From: Ptychomitrium polyphyllum
Taxonomy: Eukaryota
Length of the DNA stretch: 64,000 nt
Direction of reading: 5' to 3'
NCBI GenBank assembly: GCA_973851085.1
Contig: OZ316775.1
Span: forward strand, 11,408,001-11,472,000
Each line of letters starts with the position of its first letter. Position 1 is the first letter of the stretch. Below are positions 48,695 through 60,748 of this stretch, in pieces. The notes below the pieces were generated by a model. It did not search any database. It saw nothing but the letters and a program-made list of their open reading frames with translations, and was not told the DNA's origin. A program made the position numbers and the translations under genes.

Positions 48695-50227
48695 ATGAAT
48701 CCTCTGTTCCAATCGTCGTCTTTGCCTCCGCTTGCACCTTCCCCGAGGATGCGGGTCGTTATCCCCTGCATTGCCTTCATGGTCATCTCCATCAGCGTCA
48801 TGTTCTTCTATGGCAACTTCGTCTCTCACCCATGCCCGCAAGCTGCAGGCGACGCCTTCAAGACCCCTGTAGCGGAGCCTTACACGCTCTCCATGCCTCC
48901 TGGCAACTGCAACTGCTCTGTGTTCTACGTACAAAACGTCGCCAACCCCTCGCTGCCCGCCACTCCATCTCTCTACTGCCAATGCCAGGAGAATTCAGAT
49001 ATCGGCCCTAACGTCACCCTCGCCTGCCCTAAACCTTCCACCCCGGAGCCCCAAGTTGTCGAGAAAACAGTCATCAAGGAGGTCGCGAAGGAGTGCCCGA
49101 AGGTGGAGGTTCAAGTCGTGGAGAAGGAAGTCATCAAGGAAGTGGAGATGGAGTGTCCTCGCGTGCCATGGTACGCGCAAAACCGAAGCTGGCACTACCC
49201 GGCGAGCTTCCCACTCTGTTCCATGGACACCTGCTTCGACTACTCCCGCTGCGACAATGCCGATGAGCTTCTCATCTACACGTACTACTCGCCTATTCCA
49301 CCACCTCGTTTTTTCGCAAACATCAACGAGTCGAAGTACCACACCGACGACCCGAGCAAGGCGTGCCTCTTCCTTGCCCCGTTCGACAATCCTGACCCCT
49401 GGAATTTCCAGAGCTTCAAGAACCTCCCTTACTGGAATGGTGGGCTGAACCACCTCGTGTTGACATTCTCCGACAAGTATGGCAGGTTGGCGCCGACAGG
49501 TGATGATTTAGGAAACGCTTCGATTATTGCAAGCGACCTACAGGAGACGATGTACCGCCCAGGCTTCGACATCAGCGTGCCCTTACCTGCGAATTTCCAC
49601 ATCCGCCAGTTTCAATCCGTGAGTGCGTTGGACCGGAGGTATTTGGCGACGTTTCGGGGTTTACGTTACTTGGGTTACACGGATGACGGAGTTTTTCGCA
49701 GTGGGAAGAGTTTCAGAGAGCTGCATAATGGGAAAGACGTGATTGTGGCGACGACGTGTGAGCATCCGACGAATGACTGGCACCGGAAGGAGAACCCGGA
49801 GCTCGGTGCAGATTGTGACGCTGACAAGGTGCAGCATGCTCAGTATGATTTTGTTGACCTCATGAACACGACGTTTGCTTTTGTGCCGGCCGGGAGGCAG
49901 CCTGCGAGCTACAGGTTCATCGAGGTGTTGAGCGCGGGGGCGATTCCGGTGCTGATTGCAGATAATTATGTGAAGCCGTTCGATTCGATCATTCCGTGGT
50001 ATACTTGTGTGATACAGTACCCGACGACTGAGATACAGAGGATTGATCATACGCTGCGGTCCGTGTCGGACGATGAGAAGCTAAAGAGACAAAAGAACTG
50101 CTTGCGGATCTACGAGGAGTATCTCAAGGATGACGAGACGTTGTTGAGAAGCACGGTTAGGTCGTTGAAGGCGAGATTCTTAGGCTCTCTTCCTAATCTT
50201 TCTGAGATTGGAAACAGGAGAAGGTAA
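48695..50227 (+). CDS. Exostosin (GT47) glycosyltransferase, EXT1-like, intronless, copy 3
   Basis: ATG at 48695; TM anchor; CSMDTCFDYSRC, YHTDDPSKACLF, WNGGLNHLV, YRPGFDISVPL, FRGLRYL, LHNGKDVIVATTCEH, PAGRQPASYRFIEVLSAGAIPV. Confidence 0.93.
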   Translation: MNPLFQSSSLPPLAPSPRMRVVIPCIAFMVISISVMFFYGNFVSHPCPQAAGDAFKTPVAEPYTLSMPPGNCNCSVFYVQNVANPSLPATPSLYCQCQENSDIGPNVTLACPKPSTPEPQVVEKTVIKEVAKECPKVEVQVVEKEVIKEVEMECPRVPWYAQNRSWHYPASFPLCSMDTCFDYSRCDNADELLIYTYYSPIPPPRFFANINESKYHTDDPSKACLFLAPFDNPDPWNFQSFKNLPYWNGGLNHLVLTFSDKYGRLAPTGDDLGNASIIASDLQETMYRPGFDISVPLPANFHIRQFQSVSALDRRYLATFRGLRYLGYTDDGVFRSGKSFRELHNGKDVIVATTCEHPTNDWHRKENPELGADCDADKVQHAQYDFVDLMNTTFAFVPAGRQPASYRFIEVLSAGAIPVLIADNYVKPFDSIIPWYTCVIQYPTTEIQRIDHTLRSVSDDEKLKRQKNCLRIYEEYLKDDETLLRSTVRSLKARFLGSLPNLSEIGNRRR

Positions 50228-51373
50228 CAATTTTACAAACACAGGTCTACATATATTGTTCATATAATTATCATCCAGACTCAAGGATCCAGACGGTCTG
50301 GAATTTTCTTGCACTGGTGCACTCTGTTTTCCTACAGAATCGGCCGTTGTGACCATGATTAGGGTAAAGTGGTCTACGAGAATTTAGTTGGCAGTGATAG
50401 AGAGAGACGAGAATGGAGTAGTGAATGGTAGAATTCTCTAGATGATCTGCTGAGAGATATATTAGTAGATGTTACGTGTTGTTGAGTGCAATAAGCTCAG
50501 CATTCATGATAGGGTGAATTACAGGCCTGGATGGCTTCGGTGGACTTCTTGATTTTGTATTAGAATGATCGAGGGGTTTGTACTATCCTTCAGTAGAGGA
50601 TCTTAACTACGAACTACAGATGTTTTAACAATAGAACTCTATATTTAAGTCAACAGTCGTGTTGCAGTCAACACTGATCATTATTAATTCATTTGGACAT
50701 CCTTGTTCTTTCCTCTCGTAGTGTTTTTCTTGCTTTCGGGATATGTTACATGTAAGCGCTTTGAGCAATGCAATTGGAGCTTCCATCTTTCAAGTTCACC
50801 AGGTTTGATGGAGGTTCTTATTTGACAGTGAAAGGATATTGTGAACTGCTTATTTTTGTCTCATAAAGCGGATGTTGGAGTAGTCACAATTAGTCTATAA
50901 GATGAAATGCTCTACAATACTTTGTTTACACATTTACCATTTTCATATGAACACTGAACTGTTTTGTAATAAATTGACTGGTTACATATTAAGTCCTACA
51001 TTGATAGTGACAGCTTTCATGTGAGTTTCTACATTCCGCTTGAAAGTTTTAAAACCTTGTCAAGATGGTCTCTACTTGTCAAGATGCCACCACTGCTAAG
51101 GTCATTTCTTCTTTCCTTCACACAGGAAATGGGAACTCCTGACATTCTAATCAAGCGGAAGGCTAACACAACTGCATACTTCAGTTGCACGGAACATGGC
51201 ATACACTTAATATATACATAAATGTTCACAACCACAGCTCGTCAGAGCCACCTTCGACTTCAGAACAATCTCCTACATCCCCAACACTATTCACAACTTG
51301 CCAATGAAATTCTATCAAGCGTTCACAATTCCAAGCGCAGGACTACCAATTCTATGTACCAAATCGATGTCAA

Positions 51374-53693
51374 TCAAATATGCAATGGTTTGTTTGGTAA
51401 ATAATCCAACCATTCTGTAGGCGTTCCCTTGTTACGATGGAGACTTCTAAATGTCCTGTAGTTTGGTGGCAGGTCCATACTGTCTAGCTCCTTAGGCTCC
51501 TGCTCATATGAAATAAACCATTGTTTCATAAGCAATGAAATAAAAGTGATAAAGACTTGCATTTTGCAACATATGTAATCTGCATGCAAGTTCTAAAATA
51601 CTGAACATGGAACACAGACCCTACTTTGTAATCGCTTAGCTTAACACGTCATTCCAAATTTAAAATCACTCACCCGAGGCGGTTTTAGTAGCTTCATTCG
51701 GCACTCCTCTAGAGATTTGTCTCCTTTTTTTACATTACAACTTGCACAAGCAGTGACCTAAAGAGAAACATGCTCAAAAACGTCAGCCGGGTGCCATTCT
51801 AAGATATCACAATTCCCAGGCACTAATCAGAAGATAGAAACCTATAAAGGTACAGGGGTAAAAATCAGATCCTTGAGATAAAAACCTATAAGAGGTAGTC
51901 TTTTTGAATTACACTCTAGCCATCACTATCAAGGTACACCACCAAAGGTCAAAGTATCAACTGGTGCTCGCCGGAATAATACTCAGTTGCAGAATGTAAT
52001 GCAAAAATGAGCACACGTTCGTGCTCCAGAATTTACCAGATTTTCCCATTCCCAACCACCTCCACGAGAGGCTGCCAGCACGTGATCAATAGTCAAGTCT
52101 TCTCCTCTTTTATTGCAATACCTGCATAAGCATAATTATCTCCATACGTTTACTAGTTGCCAGGATTTTCAAGATTGTGATAGACCCTCTCATCCCCCAA
52201 AACTACGAGACTCTGCCTCAATGAGTAGATCATTATAATCAGAAGAAATTTCCATATCTCCTTGCCTTGTCTCACTATCTCATTCGTATGCTTTCCATTT
52301 CAGAACAATGTCAGAACTGCCAAGCATTATCATTTAACACAACGATCCAAACTGCATTAAGGAAGCACTTACTGGCATCTAAATTTGTCTCTCAAGAAGA
52401 CGTTGCTACGATTGAGGGTGAGCTTCACCTTCTTGTTTTTAGGCGTGTGAACGAAACTGCTAATCTGCAATCATAACAGACCTCCTAACTCAGACAACAG
52501 GACACTGAATTTTTCGAGTGACTTAAATAGATTTAAGAGTTGCTAGTACAATATAACCTGCTGCAAGCCTTTGATATCAAAAGAAATTAAAGGATGGCAT
52601 TAGTACGTACCCTAAGTACTGCTGGAATATAATACGCTCTTTGAGTTGACAGGACAACTTGATCATAGTATTCTAATACGTCTGCCTGCAACAAACAAGG
52701 AAACCAATATACAAAACTATAATTTCATGGACAGTAAATCCAACTTCTGACTCCAAACCACCCACATTGTGCAGTAAGTGATGCTAGATGGTGTATGAAT
52801 GTATGAACACGAAAGCCCATGTGAAGATCGATGAAGATCCTGATGGCATAAATATGAGCTGAAGAAGACAGTGAGTGCTAACACCAATGGCATACCTTCT
52901 CCAAGATCTCTAGACAAAGGGCTCGCTTCCAGTTTACCACATTGACTGGTCTGTCCCAAAGGTCAGTATAAAGATAATGAGATCACAAGAGATCATCCCA
53001 ACTACAGCGCCATCAGCAACAAACACATTGGAGAAGTCACTGCTACCAGAAGCAGAACCTTAACAATAACAAGCACCAATAGAAACTTCTTGAATAGCAC
53101 TCCTGCCCACTTGCGGGTTTGCTATTGAACATAAAAAGGGAAAAGCTAACCCCACATTCTTCAAATGAATCATAAAAATTGACCTAATTCATTCATGATC
53201 AACAAAATGCACTTTGAATGATTGCTGGAAACTGTGAGCTGAAGTACCTGTATGAAAGGTCAAGCACAAGAGCTCGGAACATCTGGAGCTCATCGTCTTC
53301 GTCCAATTCATCAAGCTCCTCTTCAACATTACAAAAGTCAGCTGGGGCTAAGGAGGAGTTTCCCATACCTAGAGAATCAGTTCTCAAAGTGCCATTAATG
53401 GCGTCATACGTCTTCTCCTTCAGGTTTTGTTGTTGTTCTACACCCTTTTTCTGCTTCCCTTTCCCATGATGCGCATGTCGCTTAATCTTTGTCTCCCGAT
53501 CCTCCAACACAGAGCGAGTGACAAAGCGTCTCTGTCTCCGTAGCGCCCCATTCAGATTGCCCACTTGCAATGATGATAAAACAGCAGAATAGAAACCCCT
53601 CTGTTGTAATGATTGATAAATGTCTCGATCGGGAAGTAGTTGTTGCATACAGCTGCTGTGGATATGAAGAGTTTGGGTCTTGATGAGACTCAT
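51374..53693 (-). CDS. HNH endonuclease domain protein (bacterial McrA/HNH-like), probably organelle-targeted, 7 coding exons
   Basis: FRALVLDLSY|RPVNVVNWKRALCLEILEK|ADVLEYYDQ...IPAVLR|...NRSNVFLRDKFRCQ|YCNKRGEDLTIDHVLAASRGGGWEWENL|VTACASCNVKKGDK...|EPKE...EWLDYLP*. All junctions are GT-AG and in frame. Confidence 0.92.
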
Positions 53694-56125
53694 GGCTGCG
53701 AATACGTCCAATCACCGATGCTTATTCACTCACTTCTAAGCAGGCTGAAGACGCAGGGCTTGACCCCCACAATTCTTAGAAGCCAAGAGAGCAGCCCTAC
53801 AGCAAAGCAAACAACAAATTGAAAGCTCAGGACCGATTCAACAGCGATTAACCAAGTTGACCATTACAGAAATATGAGCAAATACACCCTAACAGAACCA
53901 AAAGTTCAAAGAACCGCCATTCAGCTGATAAACTTAGATTGAAAACCAAAAGCACTACTTTCAATTTCAGAAAAACCGACATAACAAAGAATCAAAAATG
54001 GGAAAAACTCAATAAACAAAATCGTCAATGGGCTCAAGAGCACAATTGCCGATTTGACACCAAAATGGTATCCAATACATATCACATACTTCCGCAGTCG
54101 ACTGGGTCATTCTGCTTCACAGAATCAGAATCTTGACGAGGCTCAAAAAAGGGGTGAACAGAAAAAAAACCCTAGCTCCACATCCGATCATTGCAAGCAC
54201 ACAAAACCCGCATGTTGCACAAAAAGCAACGAGGCAACTGCAACAGAACCCAAAAGCTCGACTCTGTGGAAGTGAAGTAGCCATGAATCACAGCCCAAAC
54301 ACAAGATTTTGAGACGCGCCCACAGTGGTAGAGTACCTGATCAACGAACGCCAAAAAATGTGGGAACAAACTGGACAGCAATAAGATGCTGCAAATGAGT
54401 GAAGACGATTGACACCACCAGCAGCAACGATGGTGGTGCAAAAGGCCTTCCCCTCCATCTGAGGCTCATGTTGGTCACCGCCCCACCCGGTCTCCCGGTC
54501 TCCTGCCCACCGCCCTGTTCCCACTTGTGGCTTTTGTGGACACTTCGATTTGTTCCTCATTGCTGCAGAGTTCCTTTTGGAAGTATATGCTTGGCTGACC
54601 TGGCATATTCCTACTTTCCAGTCCTGTGAGTTAGCATCTCTGTGCTCTGGTACCCCAAGGCTTGCCGGAGTCTCAAGTCTCCTTTTTAAGCTTCTGTACG
54701 TAGTATAGAAAGAAACCTTATAGTCTCCTATTGTCTGTTTGTTTGTCCATACTTGTATATTTACTTTTATTTATATTTTTACTTAATGACAATTGTACAA
54801 AAACTTATGTTATATAAAATCACATCAAAGATGTGATAGCAGCCGTAGTTGTTTCCAAAAGAAAATTGAAAGTGGTGTATTTTGAAGTTTTTGCATTCTT
54901 TTGTGATGCACTCATGACACTCTTCCGAAGCACCCTCCCCTTGGAGAGTGAGGAATCAATAATAAATGATACTGAGTGTATGTTTTGAGGGGCAATTGAA
55001 GAATTGTATATAGTAGTATAGATATACATGAAGTGGAGTTCGCTGGCAAAAGCAATCTGGAGAATTTCCAGGCTTGGAGTTTCCAAGCCATGGCTCTCAC
55101 TGGAATGATCACAGTGTGTTGCATAGTTGCAACGGGCAGGAAGTTCATTCAAACCAGTTGACTGATCCCATGATACCATGTACTTTACTGTTGAGGTTGT
55201 TCAAATTCATGTTGTTTGTGAAGTGAACCAATTCAGTAAGACTGGGCCTTTGGTACAGGCCAAAGAGAGTCCATCGTTCACAGTCCCAAGGATTTTGAAT
55301 GTGGTGAAGGATTTTGAATGTGACTGTACAGTACCTGGTTAGAGGAAACCTTGAATTGCCAACGGCATTCCAAAGTAGAGACCCCAGAGATTAGAGAGTG
55401 AGAATCTCTGTTGGCTGAGGGACTGGCTCTAGAATGGATGAACCTGCCAAAGGGCTTGAACGCAGTACCTGGGATATGCTTCGGTAACCCAACCAGCTCC
55501 CAGTTTGAGTTACACTACCGAGGTTACAGCCGGGGTACGAGTGTGTGAGGTGGCCTGTTACCTGACTCTAGGCACCGCCTAACTCTGTCCCCACACTCAC
55601 TCTGTAATGGGAAGGTCTGCATTCCGCTCGGTGTAAGTAGGTTGCTTCCGAGGTACTCCACCACTGCTGCAATGGGTAGTCTGGAGCCCTGTTTGTTTCT
55701 GAATGGTGCCTGAGAATCTCTTTCTATCAGTTTGACATGGGAATGGTAACATGGATGAGCATTGTACCCCACGATAGTTTCACGGCACGTTGACATTGAA
55801 ATGATATGAAGATGAGAAGTTATCTCTTAAAGTCATTTCGACGTCATCATTTTGGCCTTCAAGTTTAGTGATGTTGATTGTTACAAAGTATTAAAAACAA
55901 AGGGCTTTCCAAATGTAAAGGATGGTTTTGAATAGTTCATGTTGGCTCTAAGATCATGAGGCACAATAGTTTTCCAATGTATGTAAACAGCAGTTTTCTC
56001 TCAAATATTTCAGTTGAAAGAAGCAATACCTTCAGATTGAGAAATGGAAAAAACATATCTTGATTGCAACAAAGATAATGGTATTTGATTCTAAAACCAT
56101 TATTTCAAACCAAATTTAAATTGAA

Positions 56126-56266
56126 TCAATACCAAATACCTCAAGCACCCCAAGTACTCCAAGTATTCCAAATATCCCCAAGTCTTCTAAGCATCCGAAG
56201 TATCACCAAGTATCTCGAGTATCCCAAAAACTGCCAAATACTCCAAGTGTCCCAAGTATGCCCAAG
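56126..56266. repeat. Degenerate 9-10 bp tandem array (consensus about CCAAGTATC, roughly 15 units)
   Basis: ...ccaagtact ccaagtatt ccaaatatc cccaagtctt ctaagcatc cgaagtatc accaagtatc tcgagtatc... Confidence 0.75.
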
Positions 56267-56563
56267 GTTTTTATATAAGGCCAAAAAAAAGTGTGGCTAC
56301 GAAAGAAGATGGGAAGAGAAGAAAGGAAAGAGAGTGAAGATGACCTAAGAGGTGGAGAGAGGAGAGAGAGAATATGGGGATGGGGTGCCCAGGTGGCAGG
56401 GGGCGCAATCAGGGGCCATTATCCACATGGATTGTGTGCGCCACTGCAAGCAGATGTTGTGTAGTGAGGCGATGACCCTCTCCTTCGCCATCGCCACCGC
56501 CGTCGCCACTAGAGCCCAGTCGCTGCTCCAGACGCTGTGTCGCTTGCCGGACTGACTGCTGCG

Positions 56564-58677
56564 ATGGCCATGGCGATGGCGGCGTGCTCGTGCATGGCAC
56601 CTACGGCGTCCTCCTTCGCTGCATCGTCCGCTGGCACGCAGCTGCGGAGCTCCTCTATGCTCAAGGCCTCCCAGAGGTACGAGCTTCCGCACTAGGCCTC
56701 TCAGCTCCCTCTTAGGATGCGCGTTCAATCCTTGCTAAAGGATCCTGCGCGATTTTCTTATGAGCTGCTTCGCCCAAGCTTTAAATTTCTTGTTGTTGAT
56801 GCTGAAGCTGTTCAACAGGAGTGTACCTTATCCAAACCGAAGCTGTAAAGAGCACTTGTGTGGTGAATGAGTTTCTAGACGGAAGTTGGTTTCTTTTGAG
56901 TGTGTGCCAGTCTGTCCGGCCCTGCATTGAAAGTGTGCTCCAATGTAGCTCTGTTGTGGACATTCTGCTCAGTTATATGTACAGCCTGTGCATGACCGGC
57001 ATAATGTTTGAAAGCCTGAAGGTTGATGCTCATCTCCACTTTTTCCTACACCCCTTAGTGTTCGCCTTACCTGCCAGTTTGAAGAAGGCCTGAGAAAACC
57101 ACCTTAGTAAGAATTTGGAAGAAAATGAATTGAAACACAATTGTCTTTTACAGGTCAATGCAGCAATATGGTAGGCCCTCTGTTTTGCAATTCTTCACTG
57201 GGCGAAGGTTTATGCGTACTGAATTAGAAAAGTTGCTCCTTGCTCGTTGCAGGGGTTCACTTGGATTGCCACACATCACCGATGAATTTGTAACATGGTT
57301 CCTTCTGGTTGTAATGTGATGTAGATGGTCAGCCGTACATCTGAAGAGTTTCCAGAGAAACTTGGGCACGCGGTCGTCGCTCTCCGAAGCATCGCAAGTG
57401 ACGAGGGCAGGAGTGCAGTATGTGGATGCTGAGGAAGCCAAGCAAATGGTGTCGGAGGATGGCTACCAGATCATTGACATCCGTGACGCCTCTCAATACG
57501 ACCGCGCTCACATCACCAAGAGTACCCATGTGCCTCTCTTCATTGCTAACGAAGCCATGGACCCTGGTAATCCTAATCTTTTACCTTCTGCATGGCAAGA
57601 GATTAGCAAATGCAAGTAGTACTTCATTGAATTTCAGCTCCGTGTGTGCAGGATTATAAGATTACACTGATATGATATCATTATATTATTTAGCTGGATC
57701 CAAAGCAGAAAGGAGGCTGATTTCTTTGTAACCGAGGCTTGGTTCTGCGTGTGCAGGAACGTTGATCAAGAAATTTGCGCATAATAGTTTTGCGGGGGCC
57801 TTTTATGGATTGGCCTTTACGAAAGAGAACGACGATTTCATGCCCACCATTCAGAAGCAGTTTAAGAAAGAGGACAAGATCCTCATTGTTTGCCAAGAAG
57901 GACTTAGGTCAGTTGGCCCTGATGTCTACTCTGATCTTGTGGAGAATTTGTTGTAGTGTGTTCCTTCTATTTCAGTGTGGAAATCTAATTGATATCATCC
58001 TTGACTACTGCAATTACTTCGCTGTCTTTTTATTAGATCAATTTAGTTGTGAAGTGCAGTTCATCTGTTGTAATTGTAATATATAACTTCGGGATCTGAT
58101 CTTTGTGATCACATGGGTTTACAGATCAGGTGCTGCTGCTGAGAAATTGGAAGAAGCAGGCTACGAAGACGTAGCTTATCTCATCAATGGATTGCAGAAG
58201 GTTAAACCAGGTAAAGTTGCCGGGCGTACTCTTTAGCTGGGACTTCGAAATGAATTTGAGTTTCGAATCGTGACTTTTTAGGGCCCTGTCGTATCTCGTT
58301 GTTAAATGTTCTTATCAAATAATGTTATAATGGTGCTTTATAACCAGGGACATTCGAAAAGGAAGGTCCCAAGGATTTGGGTGATGCAGGCAAAGCAGGG
58401 CTTGTTACCATTCAACAGCCCTTCTCGGTTGTCCTTGGCACCCTTCTTATTAGTAAGTCCTCTCTGCATGTTCAGCATTTTCTTAACCGTAGCCCACATT
58501 TTGCGTCATCTTTGCTCAATTTTGTGTTCAACTTAATCCATAAAATTATATTTTCCTTATTTTGTTCTAAGTTAGCTGATGCTAACGTCTTTTCGTTTCT
58601 TGTTTCCAGTTGCGTACCTCTTCTTGCAATTCTTCCCTGAGCAATCACAGTTACTACTTAAGAAATTTATGACTTAG
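56564..58677 (+). CDS. STR9: Rhodanese-like domain protein 9, chloroplastic
   Basis: Transit peptide MAMAMAACSC..., then YVDAEEAKQMVSEDGYQIIDIRDASQYDRAHI..HVPLFI|..HNSFAGAFYGLAFTKEN...VCQEGLR|SGAAAEKLEEAGY...|AGKAGLVTIQ...VLGTLL|IAYLFLQFFPEQ*. CQEGLRS loop and C-terminal TM segment as in STR9. Confidence 0.9.
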
Positions 58678-60748
58678 ACTTCAGTACTCACCTGGCCAAA
58701 TACAAAGCCCTTTGTAAATCACAGCGTTGGAAAAACCAGCATGATGTCAATGGGTAATTCAAGTTCATCGAGCAATGGGCACATGGTGGAGACGCGCCAG
58801 TTTAGGCATTTCCGAATGGTACAAGATTGCTTTTGGCTACTTCCTTGAGTTCATAGCAAGAACAGGTCTCCTTAGAAATGTATCAATTCAACGGTTCCTC
58901 CGACACTGTTCTGTTTCTTTAGCATGGAAGCTCTATGATGCAGTCGCGTAGAATTGTCTGGTTTTGCCTCAAAGAAGTGAATGCAATATGGGATTTAGAG
59001 GGCCTCTTCCTAGTCTAATCTGTTTTCAAGCCGGGCGCACGCGCAAGTTTCATTTCAACATCTTCCCGCAGTTCTGACAAATTTAATGGTCTCTTTTGCA
59101 CTTCCATTCAAAGATGCAGTGACTCACAAAACAACGTCTTTTGGTTGAAAGATTTCGCTTGCAGAGCCATAGCATGAGCACGAGTTGGAGTGTGGAATGT
59201 ATCATACTATTCTAGATAATTTTGAAGCAAAAAGCGATTATGCTTTAGATGTAAATGGTTGTCAAAGTCCGACACCCGTCTGACTGTTTGCACATTTACT
59301 CAACACTTGTGAACGTCTCTTTATCTGAGCTAGAGTTACTCCAATATGTGTCGTATTGTGTCCTATTGTCTAGGGTTCCTCCTCATCAACATTGTATGCA
59401 TTAATTGTGTTCATTTCTCACAGCGTTAAAATGAAGTGTTAAATAATTAAGTACTTAATTAAAATTTTAAAACCTAAATTCTCGATTCAGTTTTCGTTCA
59501 ATACCAGAAAGTTAAAGGCCTGGAAATCCATTGACCGTTGGGCAGAATCCGTAGGATTTATTACAAGCTATTTTTGCGTTTCGGTGCTCTTGTGTTAGAT
59601 TTATTTGTAACATTTTAAAATATTCAATTTTGGCTACTATTAAACTAAAAAGTCATGAAATGATTCTTTCGTCTTTTGTTACAATAATGCTAGTTCATTG
59701 TTAATGTAACCATGATAGTTATTCAAGATTTCATGGCGTTTAGATCCAGACACATATAAACCACAGGCTCACTTGAACGCAAGTCCCAAAAGATAAAAGT
59801 GCGAGACGTCAGGAAGACTGTCATAGGCCTGAAGCGTGGCTTTATTGATGGGATTCAATCGTGTCAAATTCAAAATATGACATTCACAAATTTGTATAAA
59901 ATCATGTCCGGAACATAACGTCATGTCATTCGGGCCAAATCTCAAATGGCATGTATGAGGCCACTTAAGCAACACGTTTAATAATTACTCGTTTCATCTA
60001 ACATTGTTTTGAACCAACACTCGATTTCAAAACAGCAGGTTGGCATCTATCACTTACGATCTCTAAGCTGGTCATAACATAATCATCCTAATTGCAAAAC
60101 TGACGCTGATGTCAGGCCTTCTCGAATAAGACACATGTCCTCCATCTGTCAAAGGAAAGTAAAGACCATCTTATTAAAATGAGTCTAGTAAAATGCATTA
60201 GACGCTAAACAATAACTAGAGCAGACTCAATATAATTGAGCAAAATAAAGCAACAAAGTACCATTTTTTACAGTTGAGCAACTAAAAAATGCAGGGTAGA
60301 AACTTTACTTACACGGGAGAAGTCTTGTTAAGTTTACCATCCAGGCCCTCATTCAATCACCCAACAAAGGCACTTAATGTGATCCAACCTGAGATCCTTC
60401 ACAAAGGCCACAACAAAATCGTACAAACACACACCTACCTGACCTTACAATAGAGCAGGTTGCTAGACCAATTTAAAGGAGCAGATACTAACTACAAGGA
60501 TATGCTCAAACAGCGACTGGATAACCTACAGAACAGCTATATCCCAGCTAATCATTTGAATCCCCCATCCATGAGGAGCGTATCATGCAACCAATAATGC
60601 AATCAACAATGGTGACCATATCACCGTGCGTACTGCATTCGTTAGCCCATTCATGAATTTCTATATCCTAAAATGTCTCGCGTTTTGTAACTTTTGGTCA
60701 ATATTAAGTGTGAAATATGATCTTAAACTTGGCCTTCTCTTAATCTTA

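Noticed and set aside
40341..50050. Long antisense or alternate-frame ORFs over the GT47 genes
   Set aside because: Shadow ORFs of GC-rich coding sequence with no recognisable motifs.
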